Assembly: GCA_950097015.1 (NCBI GenBank)
Contig: CATNEN010000038.1
Coordinates: forward strand, 10,664,001-10,728,000
Origin: Macrostomum hystrix
Lineage: Eukaryota > Animalia > Platyhelminthes
Length of the DNA stretch: 64,000 nucleotides
Direction: 5' to 3'
The first letter of the stretch is position 1. Every line of letters starts with the position of its first letter. The notes beneath the pieces are model-generated. The model was not told where the DNA came from. It ran no database searches and saw nothing but the letters and a program-made list of their open reading frames with translations. A program made the position numbers and the translations under genes. This document shows positions 21,401 to 35,164 of the stretch, piece by piece.

Positions 21401-24400
21401 GAAACAAGTGAAAGTGCAGTTTTGTAGATAAATTTAGCTTTCTAGGTAGCAAGTAATTAGAGACAGCAGAATTGATGTAAACAGAATGGCTAAAGACACG
21501 ACACTAGGCAGATGTTTTTCTTAATAATACACTTGTATATTTAAAAGTCCTTTTCTACACTTCATTAAAACCTGATGCCTGGTATTAGCAAGTCGCAGTT
21601 TTGTTTAGAAAATCAGCTTGCTTTTGAATACAGTAGCACTAATATAGTAACCAAAGCAAGCCAAGCTGAGCAAGATGTGAGCAAGGCGTCTCCTAACACT
21701 GCCCGCGGGCAGGTAGGCAGAGAGGCAGACGACTTCAGGCTACATTTTTACCTTGTTATTTCCTTATCCTAGAATCCTTTCTCATTCCCAATGTCCGCCA
21801 AGGTGTGCACAGACACGGACACAGAGGGTAATACATCAAACTAACGGCTAGTGGGGCGATCCAGCTCTCTCTGTTTCGCATTAATAAAATGTAAACTAGT
21901 ATAATAGAAAGTCTGATAGGACTGTACGCGTTTTCGGCTTCCTAAATGTACGAAAAACTTTAAATAGAATCCCTAGAATGATGGGTCACAACTGCGACAC
22001 TGCCCGCTTAACAGTCTGAACACTCTTTGAGAACAAATCAAGGATTTGGGGCGGAAAATGAGGATTTGGGGTGGACAAACTGTGAATTTGGGGCGGAAAA
22101 TGAGGATTTGGGGTGGACAAACTGTGAATTTGGGGCGGAAAATGAGGATTTGGGGTGGACAAACTGTGAATTTGGGGCGGAAAATGAGGATTTGGGGTGG
22201 ACAAACTGTGAATTTGGGGCGGAAAATGAGGATTTGGGGTGGACAAACTGTGAATTTGGGGCGGAAAATGAGGATTTGGGGTGGACAAACTGTGAATTTG
22301 GGGCGGAAAATGAGGATTTGGGGTGGACAAACTGTGAATTTGGGGCGGAAAATGAGGATTTGGGGTGGACAAACTGTGAATTTGAGGCGGAGAATGAAGA
22401 TTTGGGGCGGACAAACTGGGGATTTGAGGCGGAGAATGAGGATTTGGGGTGGACAAACTGGGGATCTGGGGTGGAAAAACTGAGAATTTGGGGTGGACAA
22501 ACTGAGGATTTGGGGTGAAAAAACTGGGGATTTGGGGTGGAAAAACTGGGGATTAAGGGTGGACAATATAAAGGATAAAGAGTGGACAATCTTAAGGATA
22601 AAGAGTGGACAATCTTAAGGATTAAGGGCGGACAGTTTGAAGGATTAAAGGTGGACAATCTTAAGGTTTAAGAGTGGACAATTTAAAGGATTAAGGGCGT
22701 AAAATTTGAAGGATTGAGGGTGTACAACCTAAAGGATTAAGGACAACCTGAAGCATTTCCCAAAGGTCAATCAAACCTTCTTCTTGAGCGCATTCCGCCT
22801 GAAGAAGGCCTTGCAGGATTCGCAGGTGACCGCGTCGAAATTGTAACCCAGGGCTCGATCTCCGCAAACGTGGCAGAGGAACGGCTCCTCGGCCTCGGGC
22901 ATTTGAACCTTGTAGCGGCGCTTCCGATGCGGCAGCAGGCCGGCATTGGCCGCACCCGCTGACGACGACGACGACGACGAGGAAGGAGCTCCGCCGGCGC
23001 TGCCTCCGCTGGCGGGCGCAGACGCTGATCCGGCCGAGTCTAATTGGTTATCTGAAGACGTTGAAGCTAAAGACTGATTAGCTATTGAGCCGGTTGGCGA
23101 ATTGTAGGAGGAGCTGGCGAAGCAGGCGTCCTCATCTACCATGTCAGAGGAGCTGGCCCGCATCTGTTGATGGTGGTGGTGGTGCTGTTGCTGATGCTGG
23201 GTCTGCAGCCGCAACTGCATCTGCTGATGTTGCTCTCGGTGCAGCCCTTGAAACTGCGCGTCGCTTAGCTGGTGAAGCTGCCGATGCTGCTGCTGGATGA
23301 TGTCGGGACTCAGATAGGCGCCAGGAGGCTGCGGTGGGTTAAATTCAGGGAGGAGGGGCTGTGCTACTCAGATTCATTGAGGATTCAGTGGGCCAGGGGT
23401 GGGGATAGTTTAACAGCAGAAAGAACACAAGGGGTTTCAAATACCCACTTCCTACTTCAAGAATGTTCCCAAAACAGAATTAGAATAATTAAATTTTGGA
23501 GGAAATCGTAACAAAAAAAGAATAATTTTTAACTACTTTTTTTACAATTTTCTGTCTAGATCTTTTCGTGATTTGCGTTAGTTTTTGTAAATGTCGGCAG
23601 ATTTTTTAAGTGGATTAAAAAACTGGATTGACTGACTTACAACTTGGGAGTTCTAAACGTCGCTTTTCTCTCTCTCTCTGTCTGAGCAGTCACCAGTAGC
23701 AGGCAGACAAACAGGCAGACAAATCTAAAGCATGCGGCAATTAATTTAATGATGCCAGCAATGAGAGTGAGACCAAAGGTGCAGAAAGATTTTAGGCCAA
23801 TTTTTTTTAAAGAGACTGACAGAAAGAGCTGGAGTAAGTCCCGGTTCTAAAAGGGAAAATGCCGCTTTTTACTAATAAAACCTGCATTGAATCCATTCAA
23901 AAAATACCGGCTTTGAGTTTCTTTGAAAGCACGCCGACGGATAGACTGAAAACTTTTTTTATTAGCAGACATTGTCTCCAACCTGCCAGTAATTAACAAA
24001 TTACCGGTAGCAATCTCTCATTTAAGACTCTTTTTTCATCTAGAAAATGCAGGTTTTTCGTTTAAAAAAAATTTATTGAGACAAAAATTTCCAAATGAAG
24101 CAAAAAATGAACGAAGGCTTGGTTGTAAAACATTCACTTCTCACAGTTGCGAACGCACTTACTAAACCCTTAGGGTGCAACAGCGGACACAATCTTGAGA
24201 TTTTTTGGGCTGTTGGCTTTCTGATCATACATTCGGAGTACATATACGGACGTTGAGGGAATGTGCAGTTAAGGGAATATGCATTAGGGAATATGTAGTA
24301 CAGGAATGTGCAGTTGAGGAAATATGTAGTCTAGGAATATGCAGTTTAGGGAATATGCAGTTTAGGGAATATGTAGTACAGGAATGTGCAGTTGAGGGAA

Positions 24401-26135
24401 TGTGCAGTTTGGGGAATGTGCAGTTTGGGGAATATGCAGTTTAGGGAATGTGCAGTTTAGGGAATATGCAGTTTAGGGAATGTGCAGTTTATGGTATGTA
24501 CAGTTTAGGGAATGTGCAGTTTTGGTAATCGTCAGTTTAGGAATTGTGCAGTTTAGGGTATGTGCAGTTTAGGGAATGTGCAGTTTAGGGAATATGCAGT
24601 TTAGGGAATGTGCAGTTTAGGGAATATGCAGTTTAGGGAATGTGCAGTTAAGGGAATGTGCAGTTTAGGGAATATGCAGTTTGGGGAATATGCAGTTAAG
24701 GGAATGTGCAGTTAAGGGAATGTGCAGTTAAGGGAATATGCAGTTTGGGGAATGTGCAGTTTAGGGAATATGCAGTTTGGGGAATATGCAGTTAAGGGAA
24801 TGTGCAGTTAAGGGAATGTGCAGTTAAGGGAATATGCAGTTTGGGGAATGTGCAGTTTAGGGAATATGCAGTTTGGGGAATATGCAGTTTGGGGAATGTG
24901 CAGTTTAGGGAATATGCAGTTTGGGGAATATGTAGTCTAGGAATGTGCAGTTTAGGGAATATGCAGTTTGGGGAATGTGCAGTTTAGGGAATATGCAGTT
25001 TGGGGAATGTGCAGTTTAGGGAATATGCAGTTTGGGGAATATGCAGTTTGGGGAATATGCAGTTTGGGGAATATGCAGTTTAGGGAATATGCAGTTTGGG
25101 GAATGTGCAGTTTAGGGAATATGCAGTTTGGGGAATATGCAGTTTGGGGAATGTGCAGTTTAGGGAATATGCAGTTTGGGGAATATGTAGTCTAGGAATG
25201 TGCAGTTTAGGGAATATGCAGTTTGGGGAATGTGCAGTTTAGGGAATATGCAGTTTGGGGAATGTGCAGTTTAGGGAATATGCAGTTTGGGGAATGTGCA
25301 GTTTAGGGAATATGCAGTTTGGGGAATGTGCAGTTTAGGGAATATGCAGTTTGGGGAATATGCAGTTAAGGGAATGTGCAGTTAAGGGAATGTGCAGTTA
25401 AGGGAATGTGCAGTTAAGGGAATGTGCAGTTAAGGGAATGTGCAGTTTAGGGAATATGCAGTTTGGGGAATGTGCAGTTTAGGGAATATGCAGTTTGGGG
25501 AATATGCAGTTTAGGGAATATGCAGTTTAGTGAATATGCAGTTTGGGGAATATGCAGTTTGGGGAATGTATGTCTTATAATTTAAAATAAAAGTCCTGAA
25601 TTTAAGGAAAAATTCTTCTTATCAAAAAGTTTGTAACCAAAATTGCAAAACTTATCTGCGACTGAATTGCAAATTCGGCATCAAAATGGAAAACTAGAAG
25701 TGCGAGTACAATTCAAAACAGAATGCAGTTGCCAATTACAAAGAAACTATGCTTAACAAAATGTATGCTAATTAATCTAGCATAAGGTAAAAAAATGCTG
25801 ATTAGATAGCAACTATAGCAGGCATAAGTTAAACTGCTGACAACTGTTAATTAATATAAAGACTTCACTTATATCGGGCTTAGATGTACAATATCAAATG
25901 CTAAATTACTTTATTTTAGCAGAAATATAATCAACTTTGCCAACTTAACAATCTAACTACTTGTATTAAGACAAAATCTATGAATGAACAAGTGCTGGTT
26001 TTAAGAAAAAATGTGCTTAATTACAGATTTAACTCACACTAAGCAATCGCACTGATGATGTACTAAATGAAGAACGCATTTTGCTTTCATTTCAGTTAAA
26101 ATGGCCCTTCTTACCTGATGATGATAGCTGTTCAT
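18484..26135 (-). CDS. HR96: Nuclear hormone receptor of the HR96/DAF-12 (NR1J) group, about 676 aa
   Basis: Exons 26135-26115 (MNSYHHQ, less certain), 23328-22777, 20690-20573, 20236-19533, 19119-18484. DNA-binding domain [30 protein letters not shown] (ESCKA P-box) and CNFSGAC...[17 protein letters not shown]. Ligand-binding domain FIKRLPEY..I...D...LIKGG, YNP.RPNL, Y..LL.RY, AF-2 PLLIEVF. Confidence 0.92.
19140..19510. repeat. 40-bp repeat (CAGTGGATTATCGGACTGGATTTACATTGGCTTTTAATTT) with degenerate flank
   Basis: Last intron of HR96; 4.5 clean copies at 19326-19510. Confidence 0.9.
20314..20557. repeat. 15-bp repeat (GGTTGTCAGGTGTMG)
   Basis: HR96 intron following the second zinc-finger exon. 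Confidence 0.92.
20830..21395. repeat. 30-bp minisatellite (CTAGGGATTTGAGATCCTTTGGGAACAAAT)
   Basis: About 18 copies. Confidence 0.95.
22040..22745. repeat. 42-bp G-tract minisatellite (GAGGATTTGGGGTGGACAAACTGTGAATTTGGGGCGGAAAAT) decaying into about 21-bp units
   Basis: Clean copies at 22040-22400; progressively degenerate toward the 22776 donor. Confidence 0.93.
24255..25570. repeat. 16-bp minisatellite (GGGAATRTGCAGTTTR)
   Basis: About 80 copies. Confidence 0.96.
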
Positions 26136-26550
26136 TGCAATGGAAAAAGTTTTTTTAAGAGAAAATCAGGCAAAGCAGAAGCACAAATCTTCAGTTTCTC
26201 TGTTTGTATTGGGTTACAACATGCTTCATAGATTGAGAGGGAGAAAGAGAAATTCTGAAATATGAAATATGCTTCGGGCTTCAAATCGAGAGTCGAGGCC
26301 CTCCTTCACCGTCTCTACCAACCAACCCGACCCTCCGGATGGTCTGAAAATAATTTGCTTTCTCACGCCTATTGGCAAAGCGGAGACAGTCAGAGAGGGA
26401 GAGAGAGAGAAAGAGGAAACTATAAAAGAAACTAAAAGAGAAATTTGATTTCCAACCCGGAACCAACCGGAGATTGTGCTGAGGCTTTCAGATGGAGAAG
26501 CAGACAGTTACAGACACATGGCAACATAAGCTTTACTGTAATTTAAAGCC

Positions 26551-28438
26551 ATCTAGCGATCTAGCGATCTAACGATCTAGCGATCTAACGATCTAGCGAT
26601 CTAACGATCTAGCGATCTAACGATCTAGCGATCTAACGATCTAGCGATCTAACGATCTAGCGATCTAACGATCTAGCGATCTAACGATCTAGCGATCTAA
26701 CGATCTAACGATCTTACGATCTAGCGATCTAACGATCTAGCGATCTAACGATCTAGCGATCTAACGATCTAGCGATCTAACGATCTAGCGATCTAACGAT
26801 CTAGCGATCTAGCGATCTAACGATCTAACGATCTAGCGATCTAACGATCTAGCGATCTAACGATCTAGCGATCTAACGATCTAGCGATCTAACGATCTAG
26901 CGATCTAACGATCTAGCGATCTAACGATCTAGCGATCTAACGATCTAGCGATCTAACGATCTAGCGATCTAACGATCTAGCGATCTAACGATCTAGCGAT
27001 CTAACGATCTAGCGATCTAACGATCTAGCGATCTAACGATCTAGCGATCTAACGATCTAGCGATCTAACGATCTAGCGATCTAACGATCTAGCGATCTAA
27101 CGATCTAGCGATCTAACGATCTAGCGATCTAACGATCTAGCGATCTAACGATCTAGCGATCTAACGATCTAGCGATCTAACGATCTAACGATCTAGCGAT
27201 CTAACGATCTAGCGATCTAACGATCTAGCGATCTAACGATCTAGCGATCTAACGATCTAACGATCTTACGATCTAGCGATCTAACGATCTAGCGATCTAA
27301 CGATCTAGCGATCTAACGATCTAGCGATCTAGCGATCTAACGATCTAGCGATCTAACGATCTAGCGATCTAACGATCTAGCGATCTAACGATCTAGCGAT
27401 CTAACGATCTAGCGATCTAACGATCTAGCGATCTAACGATCTAGCGATCTAACGATCTAGCGATCTAACGATCTAGCGATCTAACGATCTAGCGATCTAA
27501 CGATCTAGCGATCTAACGATCTAGCGATCTAACGATCTAGCGATCTAACGATCTAGCGATCTAACGATCTAGCGATCTAACGATCTAGCGATCTAACGAT
27601 CTAGCGATCTAACGATCTAATGATCTAGCGATCTAACGATCTAGCGATCTAACGATCTAGCGATCTAACGATCTAGCGATCTAGCGATCTAACGATCTAG
27701 CGATCTAACGATCTAGCGATCTAACGATCTAGCGATCTAACGATCTAGCGATCTAACGATCTAGCGATCTAACGATCTAGCGATCTAACGATCTAGCGAT
27801 CTAACGATCTAGCGATCTAACGATCTAGCGATCTAACGATCTAGCGATCTAACGATCTAGCGATCTAACGATCTAGCGATCTAACGATCTAGCGATCTAA
27901 CGATCTAGCGATCTAACGATCTAGCGATCTAACGATCTAGCGATCTAACGATCTAGCGATCTAACGATCTAGCGATCTAGCGATCTAACGATCTAGCGAT
28001 CTAACGATCTAACGATCTAGCGATCTAGCGATCTAACGATCTAGCGATCTAACGATCTAACGATCTAACGATCTAGCGATCTAACGATCTAGCGATCTAA
28101 CGATCTAGCGATCTAACGATCTAGCGATCTAACGATCTAGCGATCTAACGATCTAGCGATCTAACGATCTAGCGATCTAACGATCTAGCGATCTAACGAT
28201 CTAGCGATCTAACGATCTAGCGATCTAACTATCTAACGATCTTACGATCTAGCGATCTAACGATCTAGCGATCTAACGATCTAGCGATCTAGCGATCTAA
28301 CGATCTAGCGATCTAACGATCTAGCGATCTAACGATCTAACGATCTAGCGATCTAACGATCTAGCGATCTAGCGATCTAACGATCTAGCGATCTAACGAT
28401 CTAGCGATCTAACGATCTAACGATCTAACGATCTAGCA
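26551..28438. repeat. 8-bp / 16-bp satellite (CGATCTAG CGATCTAA)n
   Basis: About 1.9 kb; two octamers that mostly alternate. Confidence 0.98.
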
Positions 28439-30483
28439 ATGTGAAATGAAAGAGAAAAGGTTTAAACAAACAAAGAATTCACACCAGCTTACAAACATGC
28501 TGTCCATCAGCGTTAAAGCCAGTCCAGTTATGGCTATATAGAAATTGAAAACGAGATCTTCAGTAGCCAAGTCTGTAGAGGATCGCAACTTTTCGTCCAT
28601 TTCTTTATTCCGATTTGTGGATTTATTATTCAATTTATTACAATAAAGTTCAGCGATATGTGCCTTCATTTGAACTTCTGTTTAAAAAACATGTCTTTCA
28701 AACGAGTAGCTAGCTATAAAAATACATTTACTTTTATATGAAAACAAGAGACGAGGCTAGGGGTGTACATTATACTTGGCATGCACTTGATAATAAGTGC
28801 ACGACAAAACGATAGTAGGCATGCTATAGCCAAACAGATCAGAGAGAGAGAGGAGAGAGGGACGGAGCTGGGTAGCTAAAAAAGGCTTTCTCGAAAATTG
28901 TAGATTGCAAATCTGTCACCGTTTTTAAAGGTTGTATTTTGGAAGGGTGGGTGGGCAAGGTCTAGGCCCGCCTACATATATTATAATAACTACTAAAGGA
29001 GCCTCTATACATTAATTTCTTTGTTGAAATGGCTGTCCTACTTTCAGTTCAGTTCAGTTTAGTTTAGTTCAGACTAAGACAGTGGCAGTTTTTTATTTGC
29101 AAAAAAGTCAATTAAGTAACATGGACAAGTGACTTGTTTTAGTCTAATTTTCTTATCACAAGTGTACATTTGTGGACATCGTAGACTAAGTACATAGCGG
29201 CTAACCCCAGATCGCGCGGAGGATGTCCGAAATGGGGAAAGAGTGTCAGTGTGATAAGGTTGGGTTGGGCGAGCGAGTGGATCAATAGTTTAGCGGCTTT
29301 AGCCAATAGGAAGGCAGGGCTGGAGAGAGAATCAGGTTCAGGACTGCACATAGCCTAACTTAAGGGGGTTATAAACAAATACTTGAGCTAGTGAATTCCG
29401 TTCTGAAACATTATGCGCAGCACTTAACAGCTAAACAGTCGATTCTGCCGTGCTTCTGGCTGCACAAGCTCCGTCACATCTCTATCTCTACCTGAGCGTG
29501 GAGTTCCGCTTAGACTTGGCACAACGATGGCAGCAGATTTTAGTGCCGCTCACCCAGTTCGAGTGCACCTGCAGCACACTTGGGAATGTGAGGAAGCCCT
29601 CGCCAACCGCCCTGCAGGCCTTGAGTCCAATGGAGGAGACTCTAAACTAAATGATCTGCCTCCAAGAATTATTTAGCATAAGAAGCATTTTTCCTCAGCA
29701 GAATTTTTTTCCAACTTGCGAAGGTCACTTTGAACAAGTGCAGCAGGGCTTGTTCGATTAATTTTTTTTCGTCTGCACCACTGGTGGCATTGTTGGACAT
29801 GCAGTCCAAGCAGTCAGCTTTGCGAAAAATGAAGATGTTTAATTAGAGAAACGCAGCTAGTACTGGTGGTGATTTTTCATGATATCTAACTAACGAATGT
29901 AACAATTTACTTAAGTGTGTCCAGTATACTTTTACATGTAAGATATGCTTGGCTATAGCAGCTGTGTCAGTAAGTTTCAGCATTTTCTTGATGTTTTGCT
30001 GCTCTTTGTTTTCTTTACTTTTTGCCCTCAAATTGTGAAAATATAATTTTCTAGGAAATAAATATGCGATAAACTTTTTTCTTGAAAGTTAAAATAAATA
30101 AAATGTTTATATTTCTACTGAACTGAAAGTAGCTCATCTTGTAGTAGCAATTCTAATATAATGTGTTCAAGACGGAGGGATCTGGTTTGATAAATTGAAA
30201 AATATGCGTTTACCGGGCGGCGAGGAGACGCACGCTAAAATAAAACTGATAGAGGGCTGGCTGGATTAAAAATCTGGCCCAGCTGAGCGGACGGGGTGGG
30301 TGCTGCGGACTACTCCCTAAGAGGATCTGTCTGATTCGATGAAAAAAGTGAACTCTCACTTAGGAGAGAGGCGAGGAGAGGTGGGTTGTTGAAATTTATG
30401 TTTTTGTAATTCCCACATCTGATTCAAGTGGCCTAGATCCGCCTCGCTGTTCCTCAGTATTTTGAGTTCAGACTAATTATTAC

Positions 30484-31430
30484 GATCACATTCCCTATTC
30501 ATCACATTCCATAATAATCACATTCCCTAATGGTCACATTCCCTATTGATTACATTCCATAATAATCACATTCCATAATAATCACATTCCCTATTGACTA
30601 CATTCCATAATAATCACATTCCCTATTGATCACATTCCCTAATGATCACATTCCCTATTGATTACATTCCCTATTGATTACATTCCATAATAATCACATT
30701 CCATAATGATCACATTCCCTATTGACTACATTCCATAATAATCACATTCCCTATTGATCACATTCCCTAATGATCACATTCCCTATTTATTACATTCCAT
30801 AATAATCACATTCCCTAATGATCACATTCCCTAATGATCACATTCCCTATTGATTACATTCCATAATGATCACATTCCCTATTGATTACATTCCATAATA
30901 ATCACATTCCCTATTGATCACATTCCCTAATGATCACATTCCCTATTGATTACATTCCATAATAATCACATTCCCTAATGATCACATTCCCTATTGATTA
31001 CATTCTATAATAATCACAATTCCCTATTGATTACATTCCATAGTAATCACATTCCCTATTGATCACATTCCCTAATGATCACATTCCCTATTGATTACAT
31101 TCCATAATAATCACATTCCCTATTGATCACATATCCTAATGATCACATTCCCTAATGATCACATATCCGAATGATCACATTCCCTAATGATCACATATCC
31201 TAATGATCACATTCCCTATTGATCACATTCCCTATTGATCACATTCCCTAATGATCACATATCCTAATGATCACATTCCCAAATGATAACATTCCTTAAT
31301 GATTACATTCCTTAATGATTCAGATTCCCCAATGACCACATTTCCTAAAGATCACATTCTAAAATGATCGTGACATTCACTAATGATCACATTCCCATAT
31401 AATCATGACATTCCCTTCTGATCACATGAT
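30484..31430. repeat. 16-bp minisatellite (GATCACATTCCCTAAT and variants)
   Basis: Period 16. Confidence 0.94.
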
Positions 31431-31964
31431 CATAAATAATGTAAGAAGTGTTACATTTCGAAATGATTATAAAGGCACTTTAGTACAAACTATTTATAAT
31501 GGTATTGCTCATTTATAACTTTTTCCTTTGTGCTTATACTTCAGAAAGAACACTTTAAGCAGACTTCACTTAGTACATTATTACATACAACATATTTTGT
31601 TATACAATACAACTTTGTCGCAGAAACCATAAAGATTTAATGTTGGAAGATTTTATAAAATGTCGATGCAGTTCTTTAATCTAAAGCTAGTTACTAGCAG
31701 TGTAAAGTATCTGTAAAGGTCCGGGCATGACACTCACAGGAGTATAATCTGCATAGTTACACACTGTCTAACAGTAGGTACTGTTAGGCACAGCAGACAA
31801 GTTATTCTGCGACAGCAAAAATAGTAATGGCGGAAATCATTAATCGTATTCCGGCCACACAACATTTTGTAGCACTGCAGATAAGAAGCTATGGAAATAA
31901 TATTAATCTGATTACTCTAAGTTTAATGTATAGATTGCGAAACACAAGGTCTGCAATACAACTG

Positions 31965-33480
31965 CTGCATCCAATCATTATCCCACACTGCAGCATATTC
32001 ATCCCATCATTATCCCACACTGCAGCATATTCATCCCAACATTATCCCACACTGCAGCATATTCATCCCAACATTATCCCACACTGAAGCATATTCATCC
32101 CAACATTATCCCACACTGCAGCATATTCATCCCAACATTATCCCACACTGAAGCATATTCATCCCAACATTACCCCACACTGAAGCATATTCATCCCAAC
32201 ATTATCCCACACTGCAGCATATTCATCCCATCATTATCCCACACTGCAGCATATTCATCCCATCATTATCCCACACTGCAGCATATTCATCCCATCATTA
32301 TCCCACACTGCAGCATATTCATCCCAACATTATCCCACACTGAAGCATATTCATCCCAACATTATCCCACACTGCAGCATATTCATCCCAACATTATCCC
32401 ACACTGCAGCATATTCATCCCAACATTACCCCACACTGAAGCATATTCATCCCAACATTATCCCACACTGCAGCATATTCATCCCATCATTATCCCACAC
32501 TGCAGCATATTCATCCCATCATTATCCCACACTGCAGCATATTCATCCCATCATTATCCCACACTGCAGCATATTCATCCCATCATTATCCCACACTGCA
32601 GCATATTCATCCCATCATTATCCCACACTGCAGCATATTCATCCCATCATTATCCCACACTGCAGCATATTCATCCCAACATTATCCCACACTGAAGCAT
32701 ATTCATCCCAACATTATCCCACACTGAAGCATATTCATCCCAACATTATCCCACACTGAAGCATATTCATCCCAACATTATCCCACACTGAAGCATATTC
32801 ATCCCAACATTATCCCACACTGCAGCATATTCATCCCAACATTATCCCACACTGAAGCATATTCATCCCAACATTATCCCACACTGCAGCATATTCATCC
32901 CAACATTATCCCACACTGCAGCATATTCATCCCATCATTATCCCACACTGCAGCATATTCATCCCAACATTATCCCACACTGTCAGATATTAATCCAATC
33001 ATTATCCCACACTTCAGTATATTCATCTCAACATTATCCCACACTGCAGCATATTCATCCCATCATTATCCCACACTGCAGCATATTCATCCCAACATTA
33101 TCCCACACTGTCAGATATTAATCCAATCATTATCCCACACTGCAGCATATTCATCCCAACATTATCCCACACTGTCAGATATTAATCCAATCATTATCCC
33201 ACACTTCAGCATATTCATCTCAACATTATCCCACACTGCCGCATATTAATCCTATCATTATCCTACAATGCCGCATATTCATCCGCTCATTATCCGATAC
33301 TGCAGCATATTTATCCCATCATTATTCTACAATCCCACATATTTATCACATCATTATCCCAAAATGCCACATATTTATCCCATCATTATCCTACAATCCC
33401 ACATATTAATCCCATCATTATGCCACACTGTCAAATTCATCCCAAAGTTATTCGACACGGTCACATATTTATCCCATTCT
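31965..33480. repeat. 32-bp minisatellite (GCATATTCATCCCAACATTATCCCACACTGCA)
   Basis: About 40 clean copies, decaying after 33240. Confidence 0.96.
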
Positions 33481-34044
33481 CAATACTTGGTCTTCACCCC
33501 ATTTAGTACGAGCGTATTACTAAATTCTCCATAAAGGCTAAATCTTAAAATATTGGTAGATATAAAAAAATTACCTATGCATCTTGATCCTCGTGTTACA
33601 GTTTATTGGAAAGCAGGCGTGTTCAGCTTATTCAGCCAGCAAGCATAGCCTCCAGTTAGCTGGCACGTAAACCAGGAAAATTTGCTTTTTTATTTTCTCT
33701 ACTGCCTTCCTAGCTTCAGATTAAAAGACCGAAAGCTAAACTTTAAACCAGCTAATCGCATATCTCCAAGACAGTATGAGAAGACATGTAAACCACGAGT
33801 TATTTGCGATAGATAAAGGCTGTACAGCATAATGCACTTATTTAACTCGTACGGTCAGGTTTTGTATCGAAATAACTTTTAATTCTATAAAAAATCTAAA
33901 GTTAACATAAGTGTATTAAATTGCATGTAGCGTAAATGTGGAATGGAAAAATATAGTTAAAGCTGTACCAAGACAGTGAATTACCTATGTCAGCTAAGCT
34001 AGATAAGCTAAAGTTCATTTTAACAAAACATAAACTAAATACTG

Positions 34045-34512
34045 ATGGTAAATCTAGAATCCCAAAGAATATTAAATCAATTATCCCCAAGAATGGCAAG
34101 TCTAGAATCCCAAAGAATAGCAAGTCTAGAATCCTAAAAAAATTTTAAATCTAGAATCCCAAAGAATGGTAAATCTAGAATCCCAAAGAATATCAAATCT
34201 AGAATCCCAAAGAATATCAAGTCTAGAATCCCAAAGAATATCAAATCTAGAATCCCAAAGAATAGTAAATCTAGAATCCCAAAGAATGGTGAATCTAGAA
34301 TCCCAAAGAATGGTGAATCTAGAATCCCAAAGAATATCAAATCTAGAATCCCAAAGAATACCGAATCGAGATTCCCAAATTGGCCTTCAGTTTCTGAGGG
34401 ATTGAAGGGCCAGTCCCTGAGGGATTGAAGGGCCAGTAACTTGGCGAGTAAATCTAAAATCCCAAAGAATATCAAATCAATAATCCCCAAGAATGGCAAG
34501 CCAAGAATCCCA
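34045..34512. repeat. 24-bp minisatellite (AAATCTAGAATCCCAAAGAATATC)
   Basis: Period 24; interrupted at about 34375-34445. Confidence 0.92.
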
Positions 34513-35164
34513 TAGAAAAATATACGATCGCCACTAAAATGATGTCTTAACAAGTGATAAGAAAAAGGTTGAATTCTACTGGTAATTTTTGCGAGAAAAA
34601 TGCCAGAACTAGCAGAGATGATGACTAAAAAGGGCAGACAAAATTTAAGAACCAAATATCGGGGTAACTTGCAGTAACTTGGCGAGTCTGACTTAATTTC
34701 TGATAAGGACTTGTTTGGATTCCATTTTTATACAATAGTTTCTAATTTATATATAAATAATAAATATCAAAGCGCACGCGAAGCCAAGACTGAGTCCTAA
34801 AACTGGGCAACTGCAGCCAGTGTCCGGAAATGATGCCAGAAACAAAAAACTGAATTCGCTAGAGAGAGATCGAAGTTTACAATATGGGCCGGAAACTAGG
34901 TATCCTCTAGGGAAGAATGGCTCTTGTATAAAAGTGTAACTAGCAGACCAAATAATTTTTTTCTAACCGCTAAATGTACTTCAACTGTTAACTGGATTTT
35001 CATCGAATTTATCAAAAACGACAAATAACGCGGGATTAATGGCGGAATATCTGAAGCGCAAGATAACTTAGGAGAAATTGGGCTGGCAGAAGTTAACCGG
35101 AAAGTAATTAGAATTAGAAAGTTGCGCAGAAAGGGATAAAAGTTTCAGTTAAAGGAGGATTAAA

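Noticed and set aside
24255-25570. Telomeric repeat (TTAGGG occurs in some units)
   Set aside because: TTAGGG is only part of a 16-bp unit and is never tandem.
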